The position numbers and the translations under genes were made by a program. Source: Nitrospirota bacterium (GTDB lineage: Bacteria > Nitrospirota > Thermodesulfovibrionia > Thermodesulfovibrionales > UBA1546). Taken from it: a DNA stretch of 64,000 bases. The notes under the pieces are model-generated. The model was not told the DNA's origin. It saw only the letters and a program-made list of their open reading frames with translations, and made no database searches. Every line of letters begins with the position of its first letter. Positions within the stretch are counted from its first letter, which is position 1. This document shows positions 1 through 10,731 of the stretch, piece after piece. The DNA lies in assembly GCA_016208915.1 (NCBI GenBank), contig JACQXE010000005.1:2177-66176 (forward strand), in the 5' to 3' direction.

Positions 1-61
1 TTATTGGCAGATCAATCCTCTTCACTCTTTCATGAATCTTTTCAATACTTTCTTCGATCAT
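1..61 (-). CDS. Partial hypothetical protein (N-terminus, runs off window edge)
   Basis: ATG at 61 reads MIEESIEKIHERVKRIDLPI open to the window edge; co-oriented with upstream genes. Confidence 0.3.
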   Translation of the reverse strand, partial: MIEESIEKIHERVKRIDLPI

Positions 62-91
62 TGCGTCATCCCTGAATATCTTTCATTCCTC

Positions 92-295
92 TCAGTGCAC
101 TTTATTTATTGAACATTCCAGACAGTCTTCGCGCCAAACGCAATTGGTCTGCTCACATACACCCAATATTGCAGTGCCATAACAGTCAAAATTACCTTCT
201 ACAAGTTGAATCGCATGAATAAGTTCAGGCTTTTTCAGATTTCCTGCCTTAATGCCTTTTGCCTTTGCAATCGCCTTAATCTTCTGAATTTGCAT
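92..295 (-). CDS. Small SAP/Rho-N-like domain protein with Cys-rich tail
   Basis: KKPELIHAIQLVEGNFDCYGTA...CEQTNCVWREDC pattern; AAGGAGA RBS. Confidence 0.7.
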   Translation of the reverse strand: MQIQKIKAIAKAKGIKAGNLKKPELIHAIQLVEGNFDCYGTAILGVCEQTNCVWREDCLECSINKVH

Positions 296-400
296 GTTGT
301 TCTCCTTTCGTACTAATTGTTTATGCTATTCGCCCTTAGGTTTAGAGCGTTCCTCTTGTTTTGGGACATCTCCTCCTTTCATTTTTAAAAATGAAATGTA

Positions 401-1207
401 TTAATGTGCAGCGCAGTATTCTGCGTCATAATCAAGAAGTTCTGTTATCGTAGGATTAGACCCACATACAGGGCAGTCAGGATTCTTGGGAATCTTAACC
501 TTCCTGAATGTGGTCTTTAATGCATCATATATCAAAAGTGTGTTCTTAAGGACATCGCCTTTGCCAAGTATAAGCTTGATAACCTCAATAGCCTGCAATG
601 ACCCTATAACTCCTGGTATGGCTCCTATAACACCTGCCTCCTGACATGACGGAACAAGACCAGGAGGAGGCATTTCTTCAAACAGACACCTGTAGCAGTG
701 CCCTTGTCCCGGGATGATTGTAGTAACATGACCTTCAAATTTCAGTATTGCTCCGCTTACCAATGGTTTTTTGAGCATCACACATGCATCGTTAACAAGA
801 TATCTCGTAGGAAAATTATCACTTCCATCAACCACAATATCATGGTTCTTTATCAAGTCCATGATGTTATCTTTAGTTATCTTCTGCGGAATCCCTACTA
901 TATTGACATCAGGATTCAGGTTTTTAAATGTTTCACTTACAGAGTCAACCTTCAGTTTTCCAAGTGATTTAACGCTATGCGCTATCTGTCTCTGCAGATT
1001 GCTAAGTTCAACAGTATCATTGTCTATTATTGTAATCCTACCGATGCCTGCTCCTGTAAGATAATAACCCACAGGACAGCCCAGACCCCCGGCACCAACT
1101 ATAAAGACCTTTGCATTAAGCAGTTTCTTCTGCCCCTTCCCTCCAACCTCAGGAAGGATTATCTGACGACTGTATTTTTGAAGTTGTTCTTCTGTGAATT
1201 CACTCAC
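401..1207 (-). CDS. moeB: MoeB/ThiF family adenylyltransferase
   Basis: YSRQIIL, GAGGLG, DTVELSNLQRQ, CYRC and CPVC Zn motifs. Confidence 0.9.
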   Translation of the reverse strand: MSEFTEEQLQKYSRQIILPEVGGKGQKKLLNAKVFIVGAGGLGCPVGYYLTGAGIGRITIIDNDTVELSNLQRQIAHSVKSLGKLKVDSVSETFKNLNPDVNIVGIPQKITKDNIMDLIKNHDIVVDGSDNFPTRYLVNDACVMLKKPLVSGAILKFEGHVTTIIPGQGHCYRCLFEEMPPPGLVPSCQEAGVIGAIPGVIGSLQAIEVIKLILGKGDVLKNTLLIYDALKTTFRKVKIPKNPDCPVCGSNPTITELLDYDAEYCAAH

Positions 1208-1452
1208 TCTTTTTCTTTCCTTATCTGGATTATCCAGTCAGTATCATTAACCTTTTCGACTTTAAGTACTTTCTGTCCGTGGTCCTCCATTGATTTCGGT
1301 ATGCTCTTTGACGCCTCCTCAAAATCAAGGAGGATCTCAAGAACCTGGCCAACCTTCATGTCTTCAACAGCAAGTTTTGCCTTGACAAATGTATACGGGC
1401 ATACAAGCCCTTTTATACTAATCTTCTTATCAGGTTTTATGTCTTCTTCCAT
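1204..1452 (-). CDS. TusA family sulfur carrier
   Basis: GLVCPYTFVKAKLA motif; ATG at 1452 is properly spaced from a GGGGG RBS; overlaps moeB start. Confidence 0.85.
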   Translation of the reverse strand: MEEDIKPDKKISIKGLVCPYTFVKAKLAVEDMKVGQVLEILLDFEEASKSIPKSMEDHGQKVLKVEKVNDTDWIIQIRKEKE

Positions 1453-1713
1453 AGCCAACGCCCCCTTAATATTAAATACAGTTTATACCACCTTTGACCA
1501 AAAATCCACCATTAAGATAACCATATAAAAACAATGTTTCCTACAATAAAAATCATTACTATTTATGGCACAGAAATGGTTTTTGAATAGATTCTAATGC
1601 CTCCTTTTGCTACGACAAAAAAATTGAAAAATAAAGGGCGTTTCACGCGAGAAATATCCATTCAAAAAACTACTTCTAATTTTATCTATGTCTTTAAATC
1701 TCGTAAACCAATC

Positions 1714-1983
1714 CTAATACGGTATCACTACATCGTATTCCACCAAGGCACGGGCAATTTCCTCGGTGCTCATATGCTGAAATTTATCCTCATGGTTATT
1801 TGAATATATTATGACGTTCATCTCACAAAGCGCTTCGATACTAAGGTCGATCATCTCATCCTTTTCGAGTTTATTATCCATAATAAATATAGTAACTTTG
1901 TCGTCTGCGAGTGTAAGGCCGAGAGCTGTCCTCAATGCTTTTTGCTGCCTTGTTCTTATAAGCACAGCAATCTTTTTTGTCAT
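1714..1983 (-). CDS. DsrE/F-like small sulfur-relay protein
   Basis: KKIAVLIR...ALRTALGLTLADDKVTIF...EEIARALVEYDVVIPY resembles the DsrE/F fold; next to tusA/moeB. Confidence 0.55.
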   Translation of the reverse strand: MTKKIAVLIRTRQQKALRTALGLTLADDKVTIFIMDNKLEKDEMIDLSIEALCEMNVIIYSNNHEDKFQHMSTEEIARALVEYDVVIPY

Positions 1984-2287
1984 TTTTGCCTCTGTGCTAA
2001 AAAATTCTCTGGTACAGCGACCAACTCAGAAATATTTTACCATAAATCAGATGAGAGCACTCCGTTGGTCATCTTCATCTGCTTTCCTGTCTGTTTAGCA
2101 AGTTTAGTTCCAGATATTTCTTAAAGACTTTATCTGAATTTTTGAGCTGTTCAATAAAATATTCGAATATTCCTTGATTTTATCTTGTCTTTTGGGTTCT
2201 TTCACAATTGTTCTTCTGAACTTCCCTTTACGCATTTTGCAAGATTATAAGAGCAATAAAAGTAGACTGTCAAGGTTTAGGAATTCA

Positions 2288-2320
2288 AAGGGGATGCCTG
2301 CAAAAAGCAGGCATCCCCTT
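2288..2320 (-). terminator. Intrinsic terminator downstream of multiheme cytochrome
   Basis: Perfect 14-bp IR AAGGGGATGCCTGC-AAAAA-GCAGGCATCCCCTT. Confidence 0.75.
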
Positions 2321-2341
2321 ATTCCAGATTCTAAAAAACCT

Positions 2342-3547
2342 TTATCGGTCGAGCGTCACCCTTTTCGTTACTTTATGGATAGGAACTTTGTTTTCCGGGA
2401 CCTGAAGTTCATAGTTGAGTTCTACTGTCACATCCACAGTCCTTACACCTTCAGGAAGCTTTATCTCAAAGGTCTCTTTCTTTGCAGCATATGGCTGAAG
2501 GCTCGTATCACGGACATAGGATGCCTTGTTCTGGGCTCCATAGGCCATCTTTTCATCTCTGCATGTAGTAGCCTGGGTATGATAGTGCCTTTCGTCCCTG
2601 AATATCTCCTTGCCGTCTATTGTCTTTGCGGTCACTTCCATGACCACCCTGTTATGCGATGGTCAGCCGTCAGGGATTCTGTGTCCGGCAGTATGAGAAA
2701 TTTTTGTGTTCACCACAACCATTGGCGTCAAAGCGCCTGCCTTCCGAAGCCACTGATAACCGAGTGTCTGCACATCAAGGTTGATTGCCTTACTAAGCCG
2801 TGCAGAGGAATCGTTTTTGTCGTTCCAGTTCGGAGCTATGAGATGGTCTGCCTTGCCATTAACCATCGGCATATGACACTCCTGACACGTCTGAAAACCT
2901 CCCTGAGGAATATAGGAATGCTGGTAGCTTCCATAGAGTGTTGCACACTGAACGGGATTTTCAAATTCAAAATTCGGTCCTGTTCCATGGCACTGGCCAC
3001 AGTATATTGCCTGTGTCATGATTACGCTCTTCTTCACCTTTGTAAATGTCTTATCCGGATGGGAATCTATATTCTTCGTCCCATAGATTACGTTCTTCTC
3101 AGGGTTGCCTTCCTGAAGCCTGTGCACTATAGCCTTTTCGTTATGACAGACGATGCAGGTGATCTGGAGCTTGCCCACTTTTACTTTATCTCCTGCCAAT
3201 AATGCCTCGGACAGTTCTGCTGCAACAGAATCCTCTGCTGAGATTAAGGCCTGGGGCAGATGACATTTAACACAGGGAAAATTTTTCAAAGTTGCCTGCT
3301 TAGGATCTTTTGGTGTAAAGGCGCTTGCCTTCACAACAGGCACAAGCATTAAACCATCAGCGACACCCATGAGTGGTCTGGCATGGTGTGACTTTTCCCA
3401 CTGTGCGTAGATCTCTGCATGACATGACTTGCAGCGTGATGAGTCATACATCTTGGCGAGTTCATCGATTGTCTTTGCCTTCTCGGCAAAAGCAATCACC
3501 GGAAAAACAATACAAAAAAAGACCAGAATTGCCTTGTAAACTCTCAT
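2342..3547 (-). CDS. Penta-heme c-type cytochrome selenoprotein (ExtKL-like), Sec at UGA 2663-2665
   Basis: Signal peptide; 5 CxxCH (CKSCH, CVKCH, CIVCH, CGQCH, CQECH); ORFs 2663..3547 and 2342..2647 are in frame across one TGA: HRIPDG-U-PSHNRVVMEV; hairpin downstream. Confidence 0.85.
2628..2647 (-). promoter_or_regulatory. Bacterial SECIS-like hairpin
   Basis: GUGGUCAU-GGAA-GUGACCGC; G-starting apical loop 23 nt after the UGA. Confidence 0.75.
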
Positions 3548-3811
3548 AACCCCTCCTTTCTTAAGGAATACGTTTGGATTAGATTTCGATACTCTTCCGC
3601 TATAAATATTCAGCTATCACCTCCTTCTTACCAACCCTCAATCTCGATGTAAAATCATGAGAGTTTTCTGTCGTATAAGCCAATTATCTCAGATTTTCAT
3701 CGCAACTGCAAATGTTATAAAATCTTTTGGGGAGAAAGTCAACTTCAATTTCAAAATTGAGATGTCATGGTGATGGTGAATATGAGTATCTGTAGTTTTT
3801 CCAATTTTCGA

Positions 3812-4228
3812 TCATTTCAAAATTGTTTTTAGTTTAAAATGAGTGTCTGCTAATTCATCCCTTTCCTTTATCAAAAGCCATTCCTTTTCTTTTCCCTTCA
3901 TTCTGACAAGTAAAAATGTGCCTTTTAGCTTCTTACCCTTCAGATAAAACTCGAGCCTTCCCGCATGGATATCGCCAGCAACCAACCGATATGTTCCGCT
4001 GTCCCAAATAACAACCCTGCCAGCGCCATACTGTCCTTCTGGTATTATACCTTCAAACGTGCCATACTCAAGCGGGTGGTCTTCTACCTGAACAGCAAGC
4101 CTCTTTTCAGCAGGATTCATGGAAGGCCCTTTCGGAACTGCCCATGACTTGAGAACGCCATCCATCTCAAGCCTAAAATCAAAGTGGAGGTGGCTCGCAT
4201 GGTGCTCATGAACAACAAAATTCAACAT
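3812..4228 (-). CDS. Stand-alone LigD 3'-phosphoesterase domain protein
   Basis: [33 protein letters not shown]...[23 protein letters not shown]. Confidence 0.9.
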   Translation of the reverse strand: MLNFVVHEHHASHLHFDFRLEMDGVLKSWAVPKGPSMNPAEKRLAVQVEDHPLEYGTFEGIIPEGQYGAGRVVIWDSGTYRLVAGDIHAGRLEFYLKGKKLKGTFLLVRMKGKEKEWLLIKERDELADTHFKLKTILK

Positions 4229-4338
4229 AGATTGAAGATACATCATATCAATGCTGTATGCAAGGGGAGCAACATGTCAGTAGCGTAAATACCTCCGTCA
4301 GAGAAGCTCCACTTGATAATTCTCACCTTCTTCCCAGA

Positions 4339-4358
4339 TAATATGCATATGCACAATA
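4339..4358. promoter_or_regulatory. Palindromic operator (copy 1) overlapping promoter of DUF134 gene
   Basis: TAATATGCATATGCACAATA, 18/20 identical to the perfect palindrome at 4711; TTGATA-18-GATAAT. Confidence 0.6.
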
Positions 4359-4370
4359 CGGGGATATGAT

Positions 4371-4670
4371 ATGTCGCCGAGATATAAAAAACCGAGACAC
4401 TGCGAATGCCCGCTACACATGAAGGGAAAGGCATTTAAGCCTACCGGGATTCCTATGTCTGAAATAGAACAGATTGCTCTTTACCGCGATGAACTCGAGG
4501 CCTTAAAACTATGCGACGCTGATGACCTCACTCAGGAAGAAGCAGGAAAAAAGATGGGCATATCAAGAGGGACCGTCCAGCGTATTCTGTCCAGTGCCCG
4601 CAGAAAGACTGCCCAAGCCCTCTCTGAGTGCAAGGCTATCGTCTTAGAAAAAACTATCTGCAAAAAATAG
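4371..4670 (+). CDS. DUF134 family HTH DNA-binding protein
   Basis: FKPTGIPM...DELEALKLCDADDLTQEEAGKKMGISRGTVQRILSSARRK. Confidence 0.9.
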   Translation: MSPRYKKPRHCECPLHMKGKAFKPTGIPMSEIEQIALYRDELEALKLCDADDLTQEEAGKKMGISRGTVQRILSSARRKTAQALSECKAIVLEKTICKK

Positions 4671-4685
4671 AATCGAAAATTTTTC

Positions 4686-4730
4686 TTGACATTTATTTCT
4701 GTCTCTTACATAATGTGCATATGCACATTA
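4686..4730 (+). promoter_or_regulatory. sigma70 promoter with perfect 20-bp palindromic operator (copy 2)
   Basis: TTGACA(4686)-17-CATAAT(4709); TAATGTGCATATGCACATTA at 4711-4730. Confidence 0.7.
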
Positions 4731-4748
4731 TGCGTAAGGAGGATCACT

Positions 4749-5129
4749 ATGAAATTATGTTTTCCGATTCAGAAAAATGACGGGATGGAAAGCAGCGTCT
4801 TTAATCACTTTGGTTCTGCACCGATGTTTGTCGTTGTAGATACCGAGACGAACAACACATCAGTTATAAACAACAGGAACCAGCACCACGAACATGGAGC
4901 ATGCAATCCCCTGCAGGCACTCAGCAACAGCAGTATAGATGTTGTCATTGTTGGAGGAATAGGAACAGGTGCACTGAGCAAACTACTGCAGACAGGCATC
5001 AAGGTTTATCAGGCGAATTCAGGAAACGTAAGAGAAAATCTTGCGCAGTTTTTGAATCGTAGCCTGCCGGAATTTGCATTACAATCCTGCTGCAGTGGGC
5101 ATAGAGTTGATGGAAAATGTGCCCATTAA
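4749..5129 (+). CDS. NifB/NifX family (FeMo-cofactor-binding-like) protein
   Basis: HFGSAPMFVVVD...HEHGACNP...VIVGGIG; AGGAGG RBS before ATG 4749. Confidence 0.85.
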   Translation: MKLCFPIQKNDGMESSVFNHFGSAPMFVVVDTETNNTSVINNRNQHHEHGACNPLQALSNSSIDVVIVGGIGTGALSKLLQTGIKVYQANSGNVRENLAQFLNRSLPEFALQSCCSGHRVDGKCAH

Positions 5130-5365
5130 TGAGGGCTTTCTCAAAAAACTTGATTAGACAAAAATTTAGGCTAAACGAAAAGAGGACAATTCCGAACAGA
5201 TTCTGTCTAAAGACGACATCATATATTTCTTTAAGGATCAAGGCGTAATGGGAGATAATGACTGCATTAAATGTTCGACATGCGTTATTGCATGCCCTAA
5301 GAAGGCTCTCAATTTTGATGAAGGATTTCAAAAAGCAGCATAGAGATAAAAAAAGGAGGTTAGAA

Positions 5366-5545
5366 ATGTCAACTTATGAATGTATCTGTATTGCATGTGG
5401 GTACAGCTATCTTACGATGTCACCAGCAACAGAAAGCCTGGACCATAAAAAGTGTCCTAATTGCGACAGCACTGACGTGGTAAAAAAGAAACACGCAGGC
5501 ATGTTCGAATTTACAGGTGGCGGCTGAAACCCCTGGGGTTGTTAA
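5366..5545 (+). CDS. FmdB-type zinc-ribbon protein; ends at TGA 5527 or, if Sec is inserted, at TAA 5545
   Basis: YECICIACG...CPNC; AAGGAGG RBS; readthrough gives GGG-U-NPWGC*. Confidence 0.7.
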
Positions 5546-5570
5546 GACCAGTTAGGTCATAAAAAACAGA

Positions 5571-7484
5571 TTAGGATTTATAAAGAATACTCTGAACCTT
5601 TGTTAGAAAGGTTTGTGCGTCTAATGGCTTGGGAAGGAAATTCAGGCCTTCATCAAAAATGCCCTTTGCTGTAAGTATATCGTCAGTGTAACCACTGATA
5701 AAGAGCGCATGAATTTCAGGATTATACGCCTTGATGATGTTATATACTTCTTTGCCATTCTTTTTAGGCAATACAACATCAAGGATAACCATAGTTATTA
5801 ACTCTTTTTTGTCTATATATTTTTTGACAGCATCTTCGCCGTCTTCAGCGAGAATTGTATTGTATCCTCTTTGCTGAAGAAAGATTCCGAGAAATCTTCT
5901 TGTTTTTTCCTCGTCCTCTGCAATTAAAATAGTTTCTCCCCTGCCTGTAACTTCAGGGATATCTTGCAAATCCTCTAAAGTAGCTTCTGTAATATGCTCT
6001 CTATAAGTAGGGAAATAGAGACTGAAAGTTGTCCCTTTATTCGACTCACTAATAATATCAATGAAGCCATTGTACTGACTGACAATGGTATAAACAATAG
6101 CAAGTCCGAGACCTGTTCCCCTGCCAGGCTCTTTTGTCGTAAAAAATGGTTCAAAGATATGCTCCATATATTTTGAATCAATACCGGTTCCTGTATCACC
6201 AATAGAAAGAGACATATAATAGCCGGGAGGGATAGTAGAGAACCTCCCCTGATACTCTTTGTCAAACACTTTCAGATTTGTCTGTATTGTGAGTTCGCCG
6301 CCTGCCGGCATAGCAGACTTTGCATTAGTGCAGAGATTTATTATTACCTGCTCTATCTGATGTTGATCTGCAAAGATATAAAAATCTTCATCTGAAAGCA
6401 AAAGCTTTAATTCGATATCCTCTGAAACTAATGTTTTTAGAATTTCAGAAAGGTTGTTAATTATTACACTCAATTTTATAGCCTTGGGTTTCACAATCTG
6501 CTTGCGGCCAAAGGCAAGAAGATTAGCCGTAAGATTCTTCCCAAGTTTTGCAGATATATCTATATGTTTGACATATTCAGCCAAGCCTTCATCCTTAATT
6601 TTCAATGCCCTGTATAATAAAAATGCAAAACCGTTTATCGCTGATAATACATTGTTGAAATCATGTGCTATCCCGCAAGCAAAATGTCCAAGGGATTCCA
6701 TCTTCTGAGACTGGAATAGCTGCTCTTCAAGTCTTTTCTTGGCATTTTGATACTTTCTAAGCCCCCTTGAGAATAAAATAATCGTAAGAGTACCTAATAG
6801 CCACAAAAAAAAGTGTGTCAAAACAATAATCTTTTGGGTTAATATGGCTGCTTCATAATAAGGCTGCATAGGCACAGATATGCTCATTCCTCCGCGAATA
6901 TCCCCTACCTTATATCCCTGAATACCATGACATTTTAAGCACCCTTCCTCTACTACATATGGCTTTATAAGACGCATATATAAGTCCCCTTTTATCTTCG
7001 TAAGTTCGCTAACCTCAACTATGCCTTTCTCCTTAAACGCCATAAGTGCTTTCCTCTCCCATTCATTTGGTTCATTATCTGGATTTAACGGGGTTTGGCT
7101 GACTACACGATTTATCGGAGCTAAAGGTGTCTGCTTTAATAGCAATTCATAGGCCTGCTTGGTCATCCGAAAAGGATTAACAAGCGTAAGAATACCGCCA
7201 TCTTTTGTTATAATATCTCTGTCCGGAACAACTAAATATGGGTTGGGCCGGCTCTCTTCGTCAACCTTTACATATACACCACCATGCTGTGTATTCCATC
7301 GTCTATAAGCAAGATTATGCTGAAAAATAGTCCTTGCCTCAATAAGCGCTCTTTCAACTGTTTCATCACGATTTCGATAGATATTCCAGATGGCAGAGAC
7401 AGAAACTAATACTGCCCATAGAACCAAAAAAATAATCAGGTAATTTTTTGCCCAGATTTTTTCAGAAAGGTTTAGTCCTTTCAT
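5571..7484 (-). CDS. Hybrid sensor histidine kinase with periplasmic c-heme (DUF3365-like) domain and receiver domain
   Basis: Two TMs flanking CLKCH domain; H-box [15 protein letters not shown]-terminal REC. Confidence 0.9.
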   Translation of the reverse strand: MKGLNLSEKIWAKNYLIIFLVLWAVLVSVSAIWNIYRNRDETVERALIEARTIFQHNLAYRRWNTQHGGVYVKVDEESRPNPYLVVPDRDIITKDGGILTLVNPFRMTKQAYELLLKQTPLAPINRVVSQTPLNPDNEPNEWERKALMAFKEKGIVEVSELTKIKGDLYMRLIKPYVVEEGCLKCHGIQGYKVGDIRGGMSISVPMQPYYEAAILTQKIIVLTHFFLWLLGTLTIILFSRGLRKYQNAKKRLEEQLFQSQKMESLGHFACGIAHDFNNVLSAINGFAFLLYRALKIKDEGLAEYVKHIDISAKLGKNLTANLLAFGRKQIVKPKAIKLSVIINNLSEILKTLVSEDIELKLLLSDEDFYIFADQHQIEQVIINLCTNAKSAMPAGGELTIQTNLKVFDKEYQGRFSTIPPGYYMSLSIGDTGTGIDSKYMEHIFEPFFTTKEPGRGTGLGLAIVYTIVSQYNGFIDIISESNKGTTFSLYFPTYREHITEATLEDLQDIPEVTGRGETILIAEDEEKTRRFLGIFLQQRGYNTILAEDGEDAVKKYIDKKELITMVILDVVLPKKNGKEVYNIIKAYNPEIHALFISGYTDDILTAKGIFDEGLNFLPKPLDAQTFLTKVQSILYKS

Positions 7485-7534
7485 GAATATTATTATATAG
7501 TATTATCAAAATATATACATTAATTGTGTAAGCC

Positions 7535-8527
7535 TTAATATTTATCTAACTCTTTTACAGCATCTCTAAAACCCTTCATTCCTGCATACTTATAAAGGGT
7601 TGACATTGCTGTGCTTTCGGTAGGTATGCCTGACTCTTCAAGGGCAGAGATTGGATTAAGCCCTCCTACAATCACCATTCCAGCCCTGTCTATTGCAACA
7701 GGCATCTCAAGAAGCGGTTTGTTCGGACTGCCTATAAGCAAAATACCTCCGATACCCCTTTCCTCCATCCTCTTGGCAAGTTTTTTTGCCTCATCCATAC
7801 ACACAACAGGTATCTCTCTGAAACTTGCAAGTATCTTTCCATTCCGCTTTTTTACCGCGCCCAGCACATCAGTCATCTTGCTTCTTATGAAGATATCATG
7901 CGGATCCAGAGAGGAACCTTCATAGCTTACCAGCGATATAAACCTTAGTAGCCTGCCATCGCTTATCTCGACGACACCTCCAAATCTTGATGTAACAGGT
8001 ATGCCTGCTTTAAGAAACATCCCGTTAATGGTTACGCTGCATACAGTTCCAACGCCTATCTTGCCATGAGGAATACTAACATCGCCTATGCTCTCGCCCC
8101 CTCGTGCAATCGCAATTTTGTCACTCATCAGGTATGGCGAAGAAAATATAGGTTTCAGAATCTTTAAAACCTCATTAAGCCTTTTTTCAGGAAAACAGGA
8201 AATATTTAAAATCACCTTTCCTGCCATGGTATCGAGATTCAGGGTTGTAAGATATGAGAGGGTCTCTATCCTGCTGATAACAAACCCGACCTTCTGAGAT
8301 ATCATGGCATGTTTCAGTTCCTGCCTCCCTTTATCCATAATCCTTCTGCCCTCTTTACCAAAGACCTCTGTATAGCCATGCGCGTCAAGGATCTTAAGAT
8401 GATAACGAACTGCCCTCTCTGTAAGGTCAATTCCGTGTATCTTTAGTCGACGTGATATTTCCCTGGAACCAACAATATCAGAGTATTTATCGAGGATCTC
8501 TAGTATTGCAAGCACTGTCTTGTTCAT
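7535..8527 (-). CDS. nrpR: Nitrogen repressor NrpR (wHTH + DUF128/NRD), paralog 1
   Basis: ERAVRYHLKILD wHTH; GTVCSVTING and VGGLNP NRD motifs; divergent from glnA. Confidence 0.85.
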   Translation of the reverse strand: MNKTVLAILEILDKYSDIVGSREISRRLKIHGIDLTERAVRYHLKILDAHGYTEVFGKEGRRIMDKGRQELKHAMISQKVGFVISRIETLSYLTTLNLDTMAGKVILNISCFPEKRLNEVLKILKPIFSSPYLMSDKIAIARGGESIGDVSIPHGKIGVGTVCSVTINGMFLKAGIPVTSRFGGVVEISDGRLLRFISLVSYEGSSLDPHDIFIRSKMTDVLGAVKKRNGKILASFREIPVVCMDEAKKLAKRMEERGIGGILLIGSPNKPLLEMPVAIDRAGMVIVGGLNPISALEESGIPTESTAMSTLYKYAGMKGFRDAVKELDKY

Positions 8528-8575
8528 GGTCTTAATCTCTCCTAAGATTCCTGTTAAAACACCTGCTTTTTACTC

Positions 8576-8596
8576 GGTAAACGGTTACCTTCTGTC
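8576..8596. promoter_or_regulatory. Putative NrpR operator upstream of nrpR1
   Basis: GGTAAAC-GGTTACC-TTCTGTC; TTGACA on minus strand at 8623-8628. Confidence 0.65.
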
Positions 8597-8665
8597 ATAT
8601 ATTTACATCATGAAGTAATGCTTGTCAACAAGAATTTCATACATTTCATACTACAAAATGTTGCC

Positions 8666-8717
8666 TTGACAAAACTTCCGGCGTTTAGTATTATACGGTA
8701 AATGGTTACCGTGTACC
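8666..8717 (+). promoter_or_regulatory. glnA sigma70 promoter with putative NrpR operator over the start site
   Basis: TTGACA(8666)-17-TATTAT(8689); GGTAAAT-GGTTACC-GTGTACC at 8697-8717. Confidence 0.75.
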
Positions 8718-8848
8718 ATATCTGCAATTTAATCGGTATTTGATACTTGTGGCCTTACCTGCTATGATTTTTATGATATTTGGCAAGGAATGATTTTAGT
8801 TATAAATACTGAAGGCATAGCCTTCTTAAACATTCAGGAGGAGGAGAT

Positions 8849-10261
8849 ATGACACCGAAGGACGTAATCAAAATGGCTCAGGAAAACAAGGCTGTTATGG
8901 TTAACTTTAAGTTCCTTGATTTTCCTGGGACGTGGCAGCACTTTGCAGCGCCGATTGCAGAGTTGAAGGAAGAAATATTCGAGGAGGGACTTGGCTTTGA
9001 CGGCTCTTCTATCAGAGGATGGCAGGCTATCCATACATCGGATATGCTTATAATCCCTGACCCTACCACAGCATTTATGGATCCATTTATGGAGTACCCG
9101 ACCGTAAGCCTTATCTGCAACATTGTAGACCCAATAACAAAAGAGTTCTATTCGAGAGACCCGAGGTATATAGCTCAGAAGGCAGAGGCTTATCTCAAAT
9201 CAACAGGGATAGGCGACACCGCATATTTTGGTCCTGAGGCTGAGTTCTTTGTTTTTGACGGCATAAGGTTTGATCAGAATTCACATAGCGGCTATTACTT
9301 TATTGACTCTGTTGAAGGTATTTGGAATTCGGGTCGCGAAGAAAATCCGAACTTAGGCTATAAACCACGACACAAGGAAGGTTACTTCCCTGTGCCGCCT
9401 ACAGACAGTCTCGTGAACCTGAGGACAGAGATGGTAATGGAAATGCTGAAGTGCGGCATATATGTGGAAAAGGAGCATCATGAGGTTGCAACAGCAGGAC
9501 AGGCAGAGATTGACATGAGGTTTGATTCGCTCGTCAAGATGGCAGATAAGAACATGCTTTTTAAATACATAATTAAAAATGTAGCGAGAAGACACGGAAA
9601 GACTGTAACATTTATGCCTAAGCCATTATTCGGAGACAACGGTTCCGGAATGCACGTACATCAGAGCATCTGGAAAGGTGGAAAACCTCTGTTTGCAGGC
9701 AACGGTTATGCAGGCTTGAGCGAACTCGCCCTCTATTATGTCGGCGGTATCTTAAAGCATGCCAAGGCGCTCGCAGCAATTACAAACCCGACAACAAACT
9801 CTTACAAGAGACTCACGCCAGGATTTGAAGCGCCTGTAAACCTTGCATATTCTGCAAGAAACCGTTCGGCATCCATAAGAATCCCGACATACTCAGCAAG
9901 CCCAAAGGCAAAGAGGGTTGAGGTTAGATTCCCTGACCCGTCATGCAACACATACCTTGCTTTTTCAGCAATGCTGATGGCAGGACTCGACGGAATAGAG
10001 AACAAAATACATCCCGGCGAACCGCTTGACAAAGACATTTATGATCTTGGTCCTGAGGAACTTGCGAATGTACCTACGATGCCCGGCAGCCTTGAGGAGG
10101 CTCTTGACTATCTCGAGAAAGACCATGAATTCATGATGAAAGGAAATGTGTTTACCGAAGACGCCCTTAAGACATGGATTGATTATAAAAGAACGAAAGA
10201 GGTTGATGCGCTAAGGCTCAGACCTCATCCTTACGAATTTCACCTGTATTTTGATATTTAA
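8849..10261 (+). CDS. glnA: Glutamine synthetase type I-beta
   Basis: [45 protein letters not shown]; adenylylation loop DKDIYDL. Confidence 0.97.
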   Translation: MTPKDVIKMAQENKAVMVNFKFLDFPGTWQHFAAPIAELKEEIFEEGLGFDGSSIRGWQAIHTSDMLIIPDPTTAFMDPFMEYPTVSLICNIVDPITKEFYSRDPRYIAQKAEAYLKSTGIGDTAYFGPEAEFFVFDGIRFDQNSHSGYYFIDSVEGIWNSGREENPNLGYKPRHKEGYFPVPPTDSLVNLRTEMVMEMLKCGIYVEKEHHEVATAGQAEIDMRFDSLVKMADKNMLFKYIIKNVARRHGKTVTFMPKPLFGDNGSGMHVHQSIWKGGKPLFAGNGYAGLSELALYYVGGILKHAKALAAITNPTTNSYKRLTPGFEAPVNLAYSARNRSASIRIPTYSASPKAKRVEVRFPDPSCNTYLAFSAMLMAGLDGIENKIHPGEPLDKDIYDLGPEELANVPTMPGSLEEALDYLEKDHEFMMKGNVFTEDALKTWIDYKRTKEVDALRLRPHPYEFHLYFDI

Positions 10262-10267
10262 AAAATA

Positions 10268-10311
10268 AAAGGCAGGATATGGTATTTAAGCGAAAATGCT
10301 ATATCCTGCCT

Positions 10312-10313
<2 letters not shown>
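10268..10313. terminator. Bidirectional terminator between convergent glnA and PII gene
   Basis: AAAGGCAGGATATGGTATTT...AAATGCTATATCCTGCCTTT. Confidence 0.75.
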
Positions 10314-10680
<367 letters not shown>

Positions 10681-10731
10681 TTAATTGCATCCTATGATGC
10701 GTTATAATAAATCCTACTATCAAAAAGTTCA

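Noticed and set aside
1566..1581. TGGCACAGAAATGGTT as a sigma54 promoter
   Set aside because: Lacks the -12 GC and faces no supported gene
2174..3202. 342-aa plus-strand ORF
   Set aside because: Antisense shadow of the multiheme cytochrome; no recognisable motifs
8652..8663. TACAAAATGTTG as an activator UAS upstream of glnA
   Set aside because: One base short of the consensus, unpaired, and no GG-N10-GC downstream
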